Positions 63,674 through 64,000 of a stretch of 64,000 nucleotides of DNA are shown here, piece by piece. A program made the translations under genes and the position numbers. The notes beneath the pieces were generated by a model, which had not been told where the DNA came from, did not search any database, and saw only the letters and a program-made list of their open reading frames with translations. Origin of the DNA: Bacillales bacterium (GTDB lineage: Bacteria > Bacillota > Bacilli > Bacillales > DASSOY01). The stretch is taken from positions 1,193-65,192 of the forward strand of contig DASSOY010000007.1 in assembly GCA_035700025.1 (NCBI GenBank), read 5' to 3'. Every line of letters starts with the position of its first letter. Position 1 is the first letter of the stretch.

Positions 63674-64000
63674 CTATGCCTTTTGATCCGATTTGACATT
63701 CAAAATGATTTGCTTTGCAACATCTTTCACTACTTGTCTAGCTGTGAGAAAATATTTTCTTGGATCGGATTCCTTTGGATGTTGCTTAAGATATTGACGC
63801 AGTTCTTCGATAAATGTGTTCTTTAAATCTGTTGAAATATTGACTTTACTTACGCCAAACTTCAATGCTTCTCGAACGCTTGTTGACGAAACACCTGAAG
63901 CACCATGCATGACGATCGGAAGGCAAACTCGAGTTGAAATTTCTTGCAATCGATTGAAATCAAGTTTCGGGTCATCTTTGTATACGCCATGCGCGGTGCC
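63674..64000 (-). CDS. Class II ketose-bisphosphate aldolase (FbaA/GatY/KbaY family); 3' part only, as the 5' end runs off the window
   Basis: LPIVMHGASGVSSTSVREALKFGVSKVNISTDLK is the class II aldolase C-terminal pattern. The reading frame continues open to base 64000. Confidence 0.85.
   Translation of the reverse strand, partial: GTAHGVYKDDPKLDFNRLQEISTRVCLPIVMHGASGVSSTSVREALKFGVSKVNISTDLKNTFIEELRQYLKQHPKESDPRKYFLTARQVVKDVAKQIILNVKSDQKA

Overview
The window is mostly conserved core chromosome from a spore-forming Bacillaceae, roughly 50% GC by eye. A Geobacillus-like thermophile is only a guess. Gene order follows the B. subtilis ywj/ywk/ywl/ywm region, almost entirely on the + strand: rpoE(3' end)-pyrG-spo0F-fbaA-tal-murAB-glpX-rho-rpmE-tdk-prfA-prmC-spoIIR-ywlB-ywlC(tsaC)-mntP-ywlE-ywlG-glyA-upp, then atpZ/I-BEFHAGDC. 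An 11-gene nuoABCDHIJKLMN operon follows, then ywzB-ywmB-murAA-spoIID-spoIIQ. After that come an AsnC regulator, a GGT, a Dpp/Opp-type ABC operon with two DUF1028 paralogs, and a split chromate transporter. The last ~5.4 kb is on the - strand and encodes a sugar ABC transporter, two PfkB kinases and a class II aldolase.

The most unusual content:
1. A ~4.4 kb island sits between atpC and nuoA. It holds a GAF-LuxR one-component regulator divergent from a tightly coupled 3-gene envelope operon of unknown function. Two of the three proteins are secreted paralogs and the third is a 4-TM protein.
2. A structured ~251-bp intergenic repeat family is tandemly arrayed at two loci (30.47-31.27 kb and 58.04-58.58 kb), with a degenerate copy at 18.4-18.6 kb.
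3. NuoC carries a ~265-aa N-terminal extension made of 7-8 tandem SAEERVxEIKRKK repeats that is clearly under coding selection.

Conserved regulatory signals are also visible: a pyrG GGGC-start attenuator, a DnaA-box cluster between ywlB and ywlC, and sigmaA-like and sigmaH-like promoters. I saw no rRNA, tRNA, CRISPR, transposase or phage genes. Start codons were re-picked by eye from RBS spacing, and all family assignments come from motif recognition rather than database searches.
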